DNA of 64,000 bases from the NCBI GenBank assembly GCA_963805925.1, contig CAWDWB010000010.1:212527-276526 (forward strand). Reading direction: 5' to 3'. Origin of the DNA: an uncultured Acidobacteriota bacterium (GTDB lineage: Bacteria > Acidobacteriota > Terriglobia > Bryobacterales > UBA6623). Numbering within the stretch: position 1 is the first letter of the stretch; each line of letters opens with the position of its first letter. The notes below the pieces were generated by a model. It worked only from the letters and a program-made list of their open reading frames with translations. It ran no database searches and was not told the DNA's origin. Shown here one piece after another: positions 20,579 to 29,363 of the stretch. The translations under genes were made by a program, and so were the position numbers.

Positions 20579-21792
20579 GTGCAAGCTGGAATCTCCCTTC
20601 AACCTGCGGATCGACATCCGAGGAGACTTCGATTGGCTCATCAAGCTTTGCCCGTGCCGCTGGACCCCAGCTGGACCGGAGACGACGCCTCACGCCTTGA
20701 GCGCGGAATTCAACGGCTGGTCATTGGTCAGCAAGAGGCCATCCATCAGATCGTTAACGTCTACCAGACATTCGTGGCTGGAATGAATGCTCCAGGGCGT
20801 CCGGTCGGCAACTTCCTTTTCCTCGGACCGAGCGGTACAGGCAAGACCCGTGTCGTGGAGGCCGCTGCGGAAGTCCTCTTGAGCGACGCCTCCGCCGTGG
20901 TCAAGATTGATTGCGCAGAGTTCCAACACAGTCACGAGATCGCTAAGCTCGTCGGCTCGCCTCCGGGGTACCTCGGGCATCGCGAAACCCAGGCGCTCTT
21001 GAGTCAAGAAGCTCTCGATCAACACCACACCGCCGAGGTCCCTCTCTCGCTCGTCTTGTTCGATGAGATCGAGAAGGGCAGCGACGCTCTTTGGCATCTG
21101 CTGCTCGGCGTTCTCGACAAGGGAATCCTCACTCTCGGCGATAACCGTAAAGTTGACTTCTCCCAATGCCTCATCTTCTTGACCAGCAACCTCGGCGCCA
21201 AGGAGATGGAGGCCCTCGCAGGCCCGGGAGTCGGCTTTTCCCCCTCGTGGGGGCCACGAGTGAGACCGTTCTCCGGCAGCGAATCGAAAACATCGGCGTT
21301 CAGGCCGCACGCAAGCGTTTCTCACCCGAGTTCATGAATCGAATCGACAAGACGGTCGTCTTTCATTCGCTTGGCGATGAGGAACTCCAACGCGTCCTCG
21401 ACCTGGAACTGGCTCAGGTGCAACGGCTGATTTTGATGGGAACGCCGTGTCTGTTCCAGGTCAGCCCCGAAGCCCGCCGGCTGCTCATCGAATCGGGAAC
21501 GGACTCCAAGTACGGCGCCCGGCATCTCAAGCGGGCCATCGAGCGGCTCTTGGTTCATCCGATGGCCAACTTGGTCGCCTCGGGACAGATTCGCCCCGGC
21601 GACCGTGTCGATATTGATCGCAGCGAATCCGGCCTCGATTTCCAACGCACCGACGAGGGACTGACTCTGCACCAGATGTACCGCGCCGCGGGATTGACAT
21701 TTCCCATCGACGAACCGCTTTTCGATGAACACGGCGCCCGACGCGCTGCCGCCGGCGAGCCTGAGCACAGCCGCGAATCCTTTTCGGTGTGA
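20579..21792 (+). pseudogene. stand-alone Clp/Hsp100 D2-type AAA+ ATPase, interrupted by one frameshift near 21236-21254
   Basis: ORF 20579..21337 carries VIGQQEAI, Walker A GPSGTGKT, GSPPGYLGH, Walker B LVLFDEIEKG and FLTSNLG. ORF 21166..21792, in another frame, carries FSPEFMNRIDKTVVFHSL and KYGARHLKRAIE (sensor 2 / D2-small). The junction lies in TTTTCCCCCTCGTGGGGG. Confidence 0.7.
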
Positions 21793-21800
21793 GCGCGCCG

Positions 21801-22664
21801 CTACTCAGCGGCCCCTTCGATCAACTGCAGGATGCGATCCGCCAAACGAGCGGCCGCCTTCACCGACTCGAAGTGCGTTGTCCGTATCAGGTGCACGCCG
21901 TTGCGAACTGCCAGGGCCGCCGCGGCGGCCGCGCCCGCTTCCCATTCCGGCTCCGGTGCGCGGATGGTCTCAGTGAGGAATAGGTCCGCGGCGAGAGAAA
22001 CCGCAACCGGCTGTCCCAATCCGCCGAAAGCGCTCATCCCCTCAAGCAACTCCAAGCTCTGCTCGGGACGCTTGCCCAGTCCCGGCCCGGGACTCAACAC
22101 GATACGCCGGCGATCGACGCCGCCGGCCAACGCACGCTTCACCGCTGACTCCAAATCCGCCGTCACCGACTCGACAGGGTGCGGGATGTGGCGCGGCTTG
22201 ACCCAGCTCTCAGCCCCGCCCGGGCCATGGCCGATGATCAGCGCCGCGTCCGAGTTGCCCAGCGTCCGCGACATGAGCGCGTCAATGGTGATGCCGCTGG
22301 GGTCGTGGATGCCTGCCGCTTCCAGTTCGATCGCGCGCGCCGCGGTCTCCGAGTTGTAAGTCGTCACGAAGAACGGCAACGCGGCCGCCGCACGCAATTT
22401 TCGGATCGTCGGCACGATGCGCTGCAGTTCGTCGTCGGCGGAGATCCGTTTGCCGGTCGGCCGCGCGGGCAGGGCGCATACGTCCACAAAATCCGCTCCC
22501 AGCTCGGCTAACTCCTCGGCTCGCGCCAGCAGTAAGTCGGGGTCCGGTTTGCCCGGAATGGCCGCGCTGGATACATCCAATACGGCCGAGACCATCGTGC
22601 GGGCGCCCAACGGCGTCTCGGAGCCGCGGAAGATCCACGGGAATCGTTTGCGTACGTAATTCAT
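21801..22664 (-). CDS. folP: dihydropteroate synthase-like pterin-binding protein
   Basis: 287 aa. ELGADFVDVCAL...RPTGKRISADDELQRIVPTIRKL and FVTTYNSETAARAIE...GIHDPSG resemble DHPS TIM-barrel motifs. Confidence 0.7.
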   Translation of the reverse strand: MNYVRKRFPWIFRGSETPLGARTMVSAVLDVSSAAIPGKPDPDLLLARAEELAELGADFVDVCALPARPTGKRISADDELQRIVPTIRKLRAAAALPFFVTTYNSETAARAIELEAAGIHDPSGITIDALMSRTLGNSDAALIIGHGPGGAESWVKPRHIPHPVESVTADLESAVKRALAGGVDRRRIVLSPGPGLGKRPEQSLELLEGMSAFGGLGQPVAVSLAADLFLTETIRAPEPEWEAGAAAAAALAVRNGVHLIRTTHFESVKAAARLADRILQLIEGAAE

Positions 22665-22668
22665 TTTT

Positions 22669-23322
22669 CTAGGAACCAGGCCTGGCGGACTTCCGCTGAT
22701 ATAGCCAAAACGCCAGGACCATGGCCACTGCCGCTGCCGCCGTGACGGCCACGGAGGCGTAATCTCTATCGTAGACCTGTGCGCCGATCAACGTGCTGGC
22801 TAATAAGGCCGGGATTCGGCCCAGGCTCGAGATCAGCACGAATCTCCCCAGCGGAAATCCTGACACTCCGGCCCCATAGGACATCGCGTCTTTCGGCGCC
22901 CCCGGCAGCAGAAACAGTAAGAACATCGCCGTCGGCGCCTTCGGCGAACGAACCGCATGATCGATGCGATCCATCGTTTTTTCGCCCAATAATTTGCTCA
23001 GCGCCGGCCTTCCGGCAACCTTCCCGAAGCCATAGGCAGTGGCCGATCCCAGCATGATGCCCGCCAAAGAAAGCGTAAAGCCCTTCCAGGCGCCGAACAC
23101 ATAGCCTGCCGCGAACTGCGTGATCTCCCCCGGAATCATGAAGATCACGACCTGTGCGAACTGGATCGCCACGCAGATCAGATAGCCCCTGACGCCGCTC
23201 GTGCGCATTGCCGCCACCAGCGCTTCGTGGTCGCCTAATTCGCTGAAAAGCCCAGTCCGCCACGCGGCAACAAAGGCCAGTGCCAGAACGATCGCCGCGA
23301 TGTAGGGTAGGAATCGTTTCAC
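22669..23322 (-). CDS. TVP38/TMEM64 (DedA-related) membrane protein
   Basis: 217 aa, 5-6 TM helices. The PGEITQFAAGYVFG motif is typical of the SNARE-associated/TVP38 family. Confidence 0.7.
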   Translation of the reverse strand: MKRFLPYIAAIVLALAFVAAWRTGLFSELGDHEALVAAMRTSGVRGYLICVAIQFAQVVIFMIPGEITQFAAGYVFGAWKGFTLSLAGIMLGSATAYGFGKVAGRPALSKLLGEKTMDRIDHAVRSPKAPTAMFLLFLLPGAPKDAMSYGAGVSGFPLGRFVLISSLGRIPALLASTLIGAQVYDRDYASVAVTAAAAVAMVLAFWLYQRKSARPGS

Positions 23323-23334
23323 GGCGAAGAGAGC

Positions 23335-24057
23335 CTATTCTATCGTCCGCAGCAGCCGTCCCATGATGCTGACCGCCGCCAGCGCCGCCGTCTCCGAGCG
23401 CAAAACGTTCGGCCCAAGCGAGATCGCCTCAGCCCCCGCGTTCTGCGCCCGCGCCAACTCCTCTTCGCTCCAGCCGCCTTCCGGCCCGACGAATATCGCA
23501 ACGGTCGCCGCAGAGCTAAGCCCTTCGATTAGTCCCGCCGCCGGTTCCTGTCCGGTGAAGTCGATGAAGCAGCGCAACTCCGCCGGACGCCCCAGCGCCT
23601 TCGCCAAGGTCAGCGGCGTCTCAATGGAGGGCGTCGCCAAGCGCCGCGACTGTTGCGCCGCTTCCTCGGCAATCCTCTCCCAGCGTTCCACACGCTTCAG
23701 CGCCGCCTTCACCAGCCCGCCATCGCTCCGTTCGGCCGCGACCGGCACGATCGCTGCGACGCCCAGTTCCGTCGCCTTCTCCACCGCCCACTCAAATCGG
23801 GGCAATTTGACCAACGCCAAGTGCAGTTCCAAGCGAGCCGCGGCGCCAGGCGCAGGCAGGAGCTGGAGTGTCGTGAAGACCACTTCGCGCGGGCTGATCG
23901 ACTCGGCGACCGCGGTCCAGGCCTGTACACCGTCTGAAACCTCGACCTCTTCGCCCGCCTTCATGCGCACCACGCGCGCCAAGTGATGCGCCCTCGGGCC
24001 GCTCGCCACGGCGCGCCCATCGTCTACGCTGTCTACAAATACTCGACGTAAAGCCAT
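23335..24057 (-). CDS. rsmE: 16S rRNA (uracil1498-N3)-methyltransferase
   Basis: 240 aa. HHLARVVRMKAGEEVEVSDG (PUA-like) and the C-terminal SPOUT knot FVGPEGGWSEEEL...SLGPNVLRSETAALAA. Confidence 0.85.
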   Translation of the reverse strand: MALRRVFVDSVDDGRAVASGPRAHHLARVVRMKAGEEVEVSDGVQAWTAVAESISPREVVFTTLQLLPAPGAAARLELHLALVKLPRFEWAVEKATELGVAAIVPVAAERSDGGLVKAALKRVERWERIAEEAAQQSRRLATPSIETPLTLAKALGRPAELRCFIDFTGQEPAAGLIEGLSSAATVAIFVGPEGGWSEEELARAQNAGAEAISLGPNVLRSETAALAAVSIMGRLLRTIE

Positions 24058-24132
24058 CTAGAATCGTCTCAAGGCCAGTCTAGCCGTTTGTTAGACAGAC
24101 CCCTAAGGTTGGTACTCTACTAGGAGACCCCA

Positions 24133-25812
24133 GTGCAAATCATCGACGGAAACCGCACCGAATTCGACGCTGTGATCGTAGGATCCGGCGCTACCGGAGG
24201 ATGGGCGGCCAAGCAACTCACCGAAGCCGGCCTCAAGGTCGCGGTGCTGGAAGCGGGTTCCAAAGTCACCCCGCAAGATTTCTCCGAGCACGTACAGCCC
24301 TACGAGACGAAGTATCGCTTCCTCTCCAAGGCCTTCATGCGCAACCGGCCCATGCAGCGCCTGAATTACGCCTGCGAGGAGACCAACTACAAGTGGTTCG
24401 CTAACGACGTCGAGAATCCCTACTCGCACCCCGACGATAAGCCTTTCCGTTGGATCCGCTTGCGCGCCCTCGGCGGACGCTCGCTCGCCTGGGGACGCGG
24501 CGTCTTCCGCCACAGCGATCTTGATTTCAAGGCCGCCAGCCGCGACGGTTGGGGCATCGACTGGCCCATCACCGCCGCCGAGATGGAAGCGCACTACGAA
24601 ACCGTCGAGCGCTTCATCGGTTGCAGCGGCACAGCCGAAGGCCAGGCAGCGTTGCCTGACAGCATCTATCAGCCGCCGCTGGCCATGTACTGCGGCGAGC
24701 GTCGTCTCAAGGACGGCGTCATGAAGAAGTTCGGACGCGTGATCACCGACGGCCGCTCCGCCGTCCTCACACGGGCTCTCAACGGCCGCCCGCCCTGCCA
24801 TGCTTGTGGCCCCTGCCATCGCGGATGCTCGACGAATTCGGTCTTCGCCAGCCCTTTCGTGACCTTGGCCGCGGCCGAACGGACCGGCAACCTCACCGTG
24901 CTTACCGACTCTGTCGTCAGCCACGTCATCACCGACCCGAACTCCGATCGCGTCCGCGGCGTCGCCTACTTTGATCGCTTCACTCGCCAGGCCCGCGAAG
25001 TGCGCGCCAAAGTCGTCATCCTCGGCGCGTCGACTCTGGAGTCCACACGCATTCTGATGAACTCCGCCCCCGGCGGCCTGGGCAACGGCAGCGGCGCCCT
25101 CGGACACTACCTGATGGATCACATGATGGTCGGCGTTCGCGGTCGCGTCCCGATGGAAAAGAGCGAAATGCGCTGGCGCGGCATGCCCAACAGCCCCAAT
25201 CACATCGTCGGCATCCGCTTTCGCAACGTCGACCGCACCGAGACCAACGGTTTTATTCGCGGCTATCACATGACCGGCGCCTCGCGCCCCTCGTTCAACA
25301 CCGGCGCGCCCGGTTTCGGCGCCGACTACAAACGCCGCGTGCGCGACGACGCCTACTGGTCGATGGGCCTCACCGCCTTCGTCGAACATCTACCGCGCTA
25401 CGAGAATCACGTCGAGCTCGACCACAATCAAGTCGACGCCTGGGGCATCCCGACGCTGCGCGTCTCTTGCACACACGGCGAGAACGAGCGCCTCATGTCG
25501 AAGGATGCCCAGGTCGAGATCGCCGGCATGCTCGAAGCTGGCGGTTGCAAGGATGTCGCTCGCGAAGGCTGGGACGAAACCGTGCCCGGCTTCGCCATTC
25601 ACGAGGTCGGCACGGCCCGCATGGGCGATCGTCCCGGCAACAGCGTTTTGAATAAGTATTGCCAGGCCTGGGAGGCGCCGAACCTCTTCGTCGTCGACGG
25701 CGCCGCTTGGCCCAGCTCGGCGTGCCAGAATCCGACGCTGACGATGATGGCTAATACCGTAAGGGTTTCGGAATATATCGTCGATCAGGGCAAACAGGGC
25801 GCCTTTGCGTAG
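24133..25812 (+). CDS. GMC-family FAD-dependent oxidoreductase
   Basis: 559 aa, GTG start. FDAVIVGSGATGGWAAKQL (FAD fold) and the C-terminal HEVGTARMG...NLFVVDGAAWP. The 428-aa - ORF 24103..25389 is antisense noise. Confidence 0.85.
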   Translation: MQIIDGNRTEFDAVIVGSGATGGWAAKQLTEAGLKVAVLEAGSKVTPQDFSEHVQPYETKYRFLSKAFMRNRPMQRLNYACEETNYKWFANDVENPYSHPDDKPFRWIRLRALGGRSLAWGRGVFRHSDLDFKAASRDGWGIDWPITAAEMEAHYETVERFIGCSGTAEGQAALPDSIYQPPLAMYCGERRLKDGVMKKFGRVITDGRSAVLTRALNGRPPCHACGPCHRGCSTNSVFASPFVTLAAAERTGNLTVLTDSVVSHVITDPNSDRVRGVAYFDRFTRQAREVRAKVVILGASTLESTRILMNSAPGGLGNGSGALGHYLMDHMMVGVRGRVPMEKSEMRWRGMPNSPNHIVGIRFRNVDRTETNGFIRGYHMTGASRPSFNTGAPGFGADYKRRVRDDAYWSMGLTAFVEHLPRYENHVELDHNQVDAWGIPTLRVSCTHGENERLMSKDAQVEIAGMLEAGGCKDVAREGWDETVPGFAIHEVGTARMGDRPGNSVLNKYCQAWEAPNLFVVDGAAWPSSACQNPTLTMMANTVRVSEYIVDQGKQGAFA

Positions 25813-25895
25813 AACTGCCGGCAGGTGTTCTAAGTTGCAATAAGTCTCGCGCAATCAGTAAGCTCGATGGCTTGGCCGCAGTGTGAGGAGGGCAG

Positions 25896-26696
25896 ATGGG
25901 TTCGTTCGATGTACCGCTGACGAAAGCGGGATTTGGCAAAACTTCGCGGAAAGATGCTTGGTGGCTTCAGCCCCTGGTCGTCTTCCTGGGGTTCTCGGCA
26001 TTTATCGTGTATTCGACCTGGGCTGCCTTCCAGGGCAACCACTACACGTTTGGCCCCTATCTTTCGCCGTTCTACTCGCCTGAGATCTTCGGCGACTCGC
26101 CTCATAGCTGGTTCGGCCCGCAACCTTCTTGGTGGCCGGCCATCCTGCCGTTTTCGCCCGCGCTGCTGATCCTGTGGGCGCCGGGCGGCTTCCGCTTCAC
26201 CTGCTACTACTACCGCGGCGCTTACTATAAAGCGTTCTGGGCCGATCCGCCGTCCTGCGCCGTGGGCGAACCGCGCAACGCCTATCGCGGCGAGAAGACC
26301 TTCCCGTTGATTTTCCAGAACATCCACCGCTACTTTCTGTACTTAGCGCTGATCTTCATCCTGCTGCTCGCGCATGACGCTTGGAAGGCCATGTGGTTCA
26401 CCGACGCCAGCGGCGCCGTCCAATTTGGCATCGGCGTGGGCACCATCGTGCTCACCTTGAACGTCATCTTCCTCGGTTCCTACACGCTCGGCTGCCACTC
26501 CTTCCGCCATCTCATTGGCGGCGCTCGCGACACCCTGGCCGGACGTTCCGTGCAGCGCACCGCCTACGACTGCGTCAGCAGCCTGAACTGCCGCCACATG
26601 AAATTCGCCTGGATGAGCTTGTTCTGGGTCGGCTTCACTGACTTGTATGTCCGCATGTGCTCCATGGGCATCTGGACCGATTGGAGGCTCTTCTAG
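25896..26696 (+). CDS. predicted membrane anchor subunit of succinate dehydrogenase/fumarate reductase (non-SdhC/D type)
   Basis: 266 aa, about 5 TM helices, conserved His/Cys (QNIHRYF, LGCHSFRHL). Its stop overlaps the sdhA start (TAGTG). The call rests mainly on operon context. Confidence 0.55.
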   Translation: MGSFDVPLTKAGFGKTSRKDAWWLQPLVVFLGFSAFIVYSTWAAFQGNHYTFGPYLSPFYSPEIFGDSPHSWFGPQPSWWPAILPFSPALLILWAPGGFRFTCYYYRGAYYKAFWADPPSCAVGEPRNAYRGEKTFPLIFQNIHRYFLYLALIFILLLAHDAWKAMWFTDASGAVQFGIGVGTIVLTLNVIFLGSYTLGCHSFRHLIGGARDTLAGRSVQRTAYDCVSSLNCRHMKFAWMSLFWVGFTDLYVRMCSMGIWTDWRLF

Positions 26697-28510
26697 TGTC
26701 GGACTACGAATCATTTGATTACGACGTTCTCGTAATCGGCGCCGGCGGAGCAGGACTTCGCGCGGCCATCGAAGCGGCGCAGTCCGGCGTCAAGGTCGGC
26801 CTGGTCTGCAAATCCCTGCTGGGCAAAGCGCACACCGTCATGGCCGAAGGCGGCATGGCTGCCTCCATGGGCAACGTCGACGACCGCGACAACTGGAAGG
26901 TCCACTTCGCTGACACGATGCGCGGCGGCCAGTATCTAAACAACTGGCGCATGGCCGAGCTACACGCGAAAGAGGCCGCCGAGCGCGTCCACGAACTCGA
27001 AGGCTGGGGCGCCGTTTTTGACCGCACCCCCGACGGGCGTATTCTGCAACGCAACTTCGGCGGCCATCGCTACCCGCGGCTGGCCCATGTCGGTGACCGC
27101 ACCGGCCTCGAACTCATTCGCACGCTCCAAGACTACGCCGTCCACCTGGGCATCGAAGTCCACATGGAGCAGACGGTCGTCGATTTGTTTAAGACCGATG
27201 GCCGCGTGTCCGGCGCCTTCAGCTACGACCGCGAACTCGGACGCTTCAAGGCCTTCAACGCCAAAGCCGTCGTCTTAGCCACCGGCGGCATCGGACGCTC
27301 TTTCGCCGTCACCTCCAACAGCTGGGAGTACACCGGCGACGGGCAGGCCCTGGCCTTCCGCATTGGCGCGTCGTTGATCGACATGGAGTTCGTCCAGTTC
27401 CATCCCACCGGAATGGTCTGGCCGCTCAGCGTCGCCGGCATCCTCGTTACCGAAGGCGTTCGCGGCGAAGGCGGCATCCTCAAGAACAGCGAAGGCCGTC
27501 GCTTCATGTTCGACGACATCCCGCCGCTCTACAAGAATCAAACGGCCGATACGCCCGAAGAGGGCTGGCGCTACGTCATCGGCGACAAGGACGCTCGCCG
27601 TCCGCCGGAACTATTGACGCGCGACCACGTAGCCCGCTGTATCGTGCGCGAAGTCAAAGCAGGGCGGGGGAGCCCGCACGGCGGCGTCTTCCTCGACATC
27701 GCCTGGATCAAAGAGAAGATCAAAGACTCCGAGGCGCACATCAAGAAAAAGCTGCCGAGCATGTACCACCAGTTCATGCAGTTGGCAGGCCTCGACATCA
27801 CCAAGCAGCCGATGGAAGTCGGTCCGACCACTCACTACGTCATGGGCGGCATTCGCGTCGATGCAGATTCGCAAATGACCGATGTGCCCGGCCTGTTCGC
27901 CGCGGGCGAATGCGCCGCCGGTCTGCATGGCGCCAACCGGCTCGGCGGCAACTCGCTCTCCGACCTGATCGTCTTCGGCAAGCGCGCCGGCGAATACGCC
28001 GTCAAGTTCGCTAAGGAGAACGGCGAAGTCCGCTTCAGCGCCGAAGAAGCCAAGGCCTCGGGACAACGCGCGGTTGCGCCCTTCGAACGCGTCGGCGGCG
28101 AGAACCCCTTCACCATCCATCACGAATTGCAGAGGCTCATGCAAGACAAGGTCGGCATCGTCCGCGTCGAGAGCGAACTCGAAGAGGCCATCGCCGAACT
28201 CGCCAGGCTCCGCGAACGCGCCGAGAAATCAGCGCCCAACGGCAACCGCGAGTACAACCCCGGCTGGCACACCTGCTTGGACTTGCCCAACATGCTGACC
28301 GTCGCCGAGGCCTGCGCTAAATCGGCGCTGGCACGCAAAGAGAGCCGCGGCGCGCACGCCCGCGCCGACTATCTCGAGAAGGAACCGGTCTACGCCAAGA
28401 TCAACCACCAAAGCGTGCAGGCCGCGGACGGTAGCGTGAAAGTGGTCCCCATCCCGACCGTTCCCATTCGCGAAGATCTGCAAGAGATCATCGACTGGCA
28501 GCAGAAGTAA
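26696..28510 (+). CDS. sdhA: succinate dehydrogenase/fumarate reductase flavoprotein subunit
   Basis: A GTG at 26696 gives VSDYESFDYDVLVIGAGGAGLRAA. Also HTVMAEGG, HPTG and RLGGNSLSDL. Confidence 0.93.
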   Translation: MSDYESFDYDVLVIGAGGAGLRAAIEAAQSGVKVGLVCKSLLGKAHTVMAEGGMAASMGNVDDRDNWKVHFADTMRGGQYLNNWRMAELHAKEAAERVHELEGWGAVFDRTPDGRILQRNFGGHRYPRLAHVGDRTGLELIRTLQDYAVHLGIEVHMEQTVVDLFKTDGRVSGAFSYDRELGRFKAFNAKAVVLATGGIGRSFAVTSNSWEYTGDGQALAFRIGASLIDMEFVQFHPTGMVWPLSVAGILVTEGVRGEGGILKNSEGRRFMFDDIPPLYKNQTADTPEEGWRYVIGDKDARRPPELLTRDHVARCIVREVKAGRGSPHGGVFLDIAWIKEKIKDSEAHIKKKLPSMYHQFMQLAGLDITKQPMEVGPTTHYVMGGIRVDADSQMTDVPGLFAAGECAAGLHGANRLGGNSLSDLIVFGKRAGEYAVKFAKENGEVRFSAEEAKASGQRAVAPFERVGGENPFTIHHELQRLMQDKVGIVRVESELEEAIAELARLRERAEKSAPNGNREYNPGWHTCLDLPNMLTVAEACAKSALARKESRGAHARADYLEKEPVYAKINHQSVQAADGSVKVVPIPTVPIREDLQEIIDWQQK

Positions 28511-28530
28511 CCGGAGAAAAAGGAAACACA

Positions 28531-29271
28531 ATGCCCTCAGCAAAGTTTCAAATCTGGCGCGGCGACAGCCACCAGTCCGGCAAGCTTCAAGAGTATCCGG
28601 TTGAGTTTCAAGAAGGCATGGTTGTCCTCGACGTGGTGCACAAGATCCAGGCCGAGCAGCAGCCCGACCTGGCCTGCCGCTGGAACTGCAAGGCCGGGAA
28701 GTGCGGTTCTTGCTCCGCTGAAATCAACGGCAAACCGCGTTTGATGTGCATGACCCGCATGGATCAGATCGATGTCTCGGAGCCCGTGACGATCGAGCCC
28801 ATGCGCACGTTCCCGTTGATGAAAGACCTGGTCACCGACGTTTCCTGGAACTATCGCGTCAAAGAGAAGATCAAGCCCTTCAAGCCGCGTCCGCCCGACG
28901 CCCCGGACGGCAGCTGGCGCGTCATGCAAGAAGACGTCGAACGCGTCCAAGAATTTCGCAAGTGCATCGAGTGCTTTCTCTGCCAAGACGTGTGCCACGT
29001 CCTGCGCGAGCACCACTTGCACGACGAATTCATCGGGCCGCGTTTCTTCGTCTACACCGCAGGCATCGAGATGAATCCGCTCGACGTCGAAGATCGACTA
29101 TCGGATCTCAAAGACGAACACGGCATCGGCTACTGCAATATCACCAAGTGCTGCACCGTCGTGTGCCCCGAGCACATCACCATCACCGACAACGCGATCA
29201 TCCCGCTGAAGGAACGCGTCGTCGACCGCTTTTTCGATCCTCTAACCAAACTCTTCCGCGTCTTCGCATAG
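28531..29271 (+). CDS. sdhB: succinate dehydrogenase/fumarate reductase iron-sulfur subunit
   Basis: 246 aa. 2Fe-2S CRWNCKAGKCGSC...C and 4Fe-4S/3Fe-4S motifs CIECFLCQDVC and CNITKCCTVVCP. Confidence 0.9.
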   Translation: MPSAKFQIWRGDSHQSGKLQEYPVEFQEGMVVLDVVHKIQAEQQPDLACRWNCKAGKCGSCSAEINGKPRLMCMTRMDQIDVSEPVTIEPMRTFPLMKDLVTDVSWNYRVKEKIKPFKPRPPDAPDGSWRVMQEDVERVQEFRKCIECFLCQDVCHVLREHHLHDEFIGPRFFVYTAGIEMNPLDVEDRLSDLKDEHGIGYCNITKCCTVVCPEHITITDNAIIPLKERVVDRFFDPLTKLFRVFA

Positions 29272-29289
29272 ATCGAATCCGAATCCGAG

Positions 29290-29309
29290 CCCGGGGCGGA
29301 AGCCCCGGG
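29290..29309 (+). terminator. GC-rich hairpin downstream of sdhB (no U-tract)
   Basis: CCCGGGGC-GGAA-GCCCCGGG: 8-bp stem and a GNRA-like loop, 19 nt after the sdhB stop. Confidence 0.3.
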
Positions 29310-29363
29310 TCCCGACACCCAAACATCCGAGCCGCGACTGTCAGAGAGTCGGTCTTCGTGCCC

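Noticed and set aside
24103-25389. 428-aa - strand ORF
   Set aside because: It is antisense to the GMC oxidoreductase, which has clear FAD-binding motifs, and its sequence is low-complexity and Gly/Ala/Val-rich.
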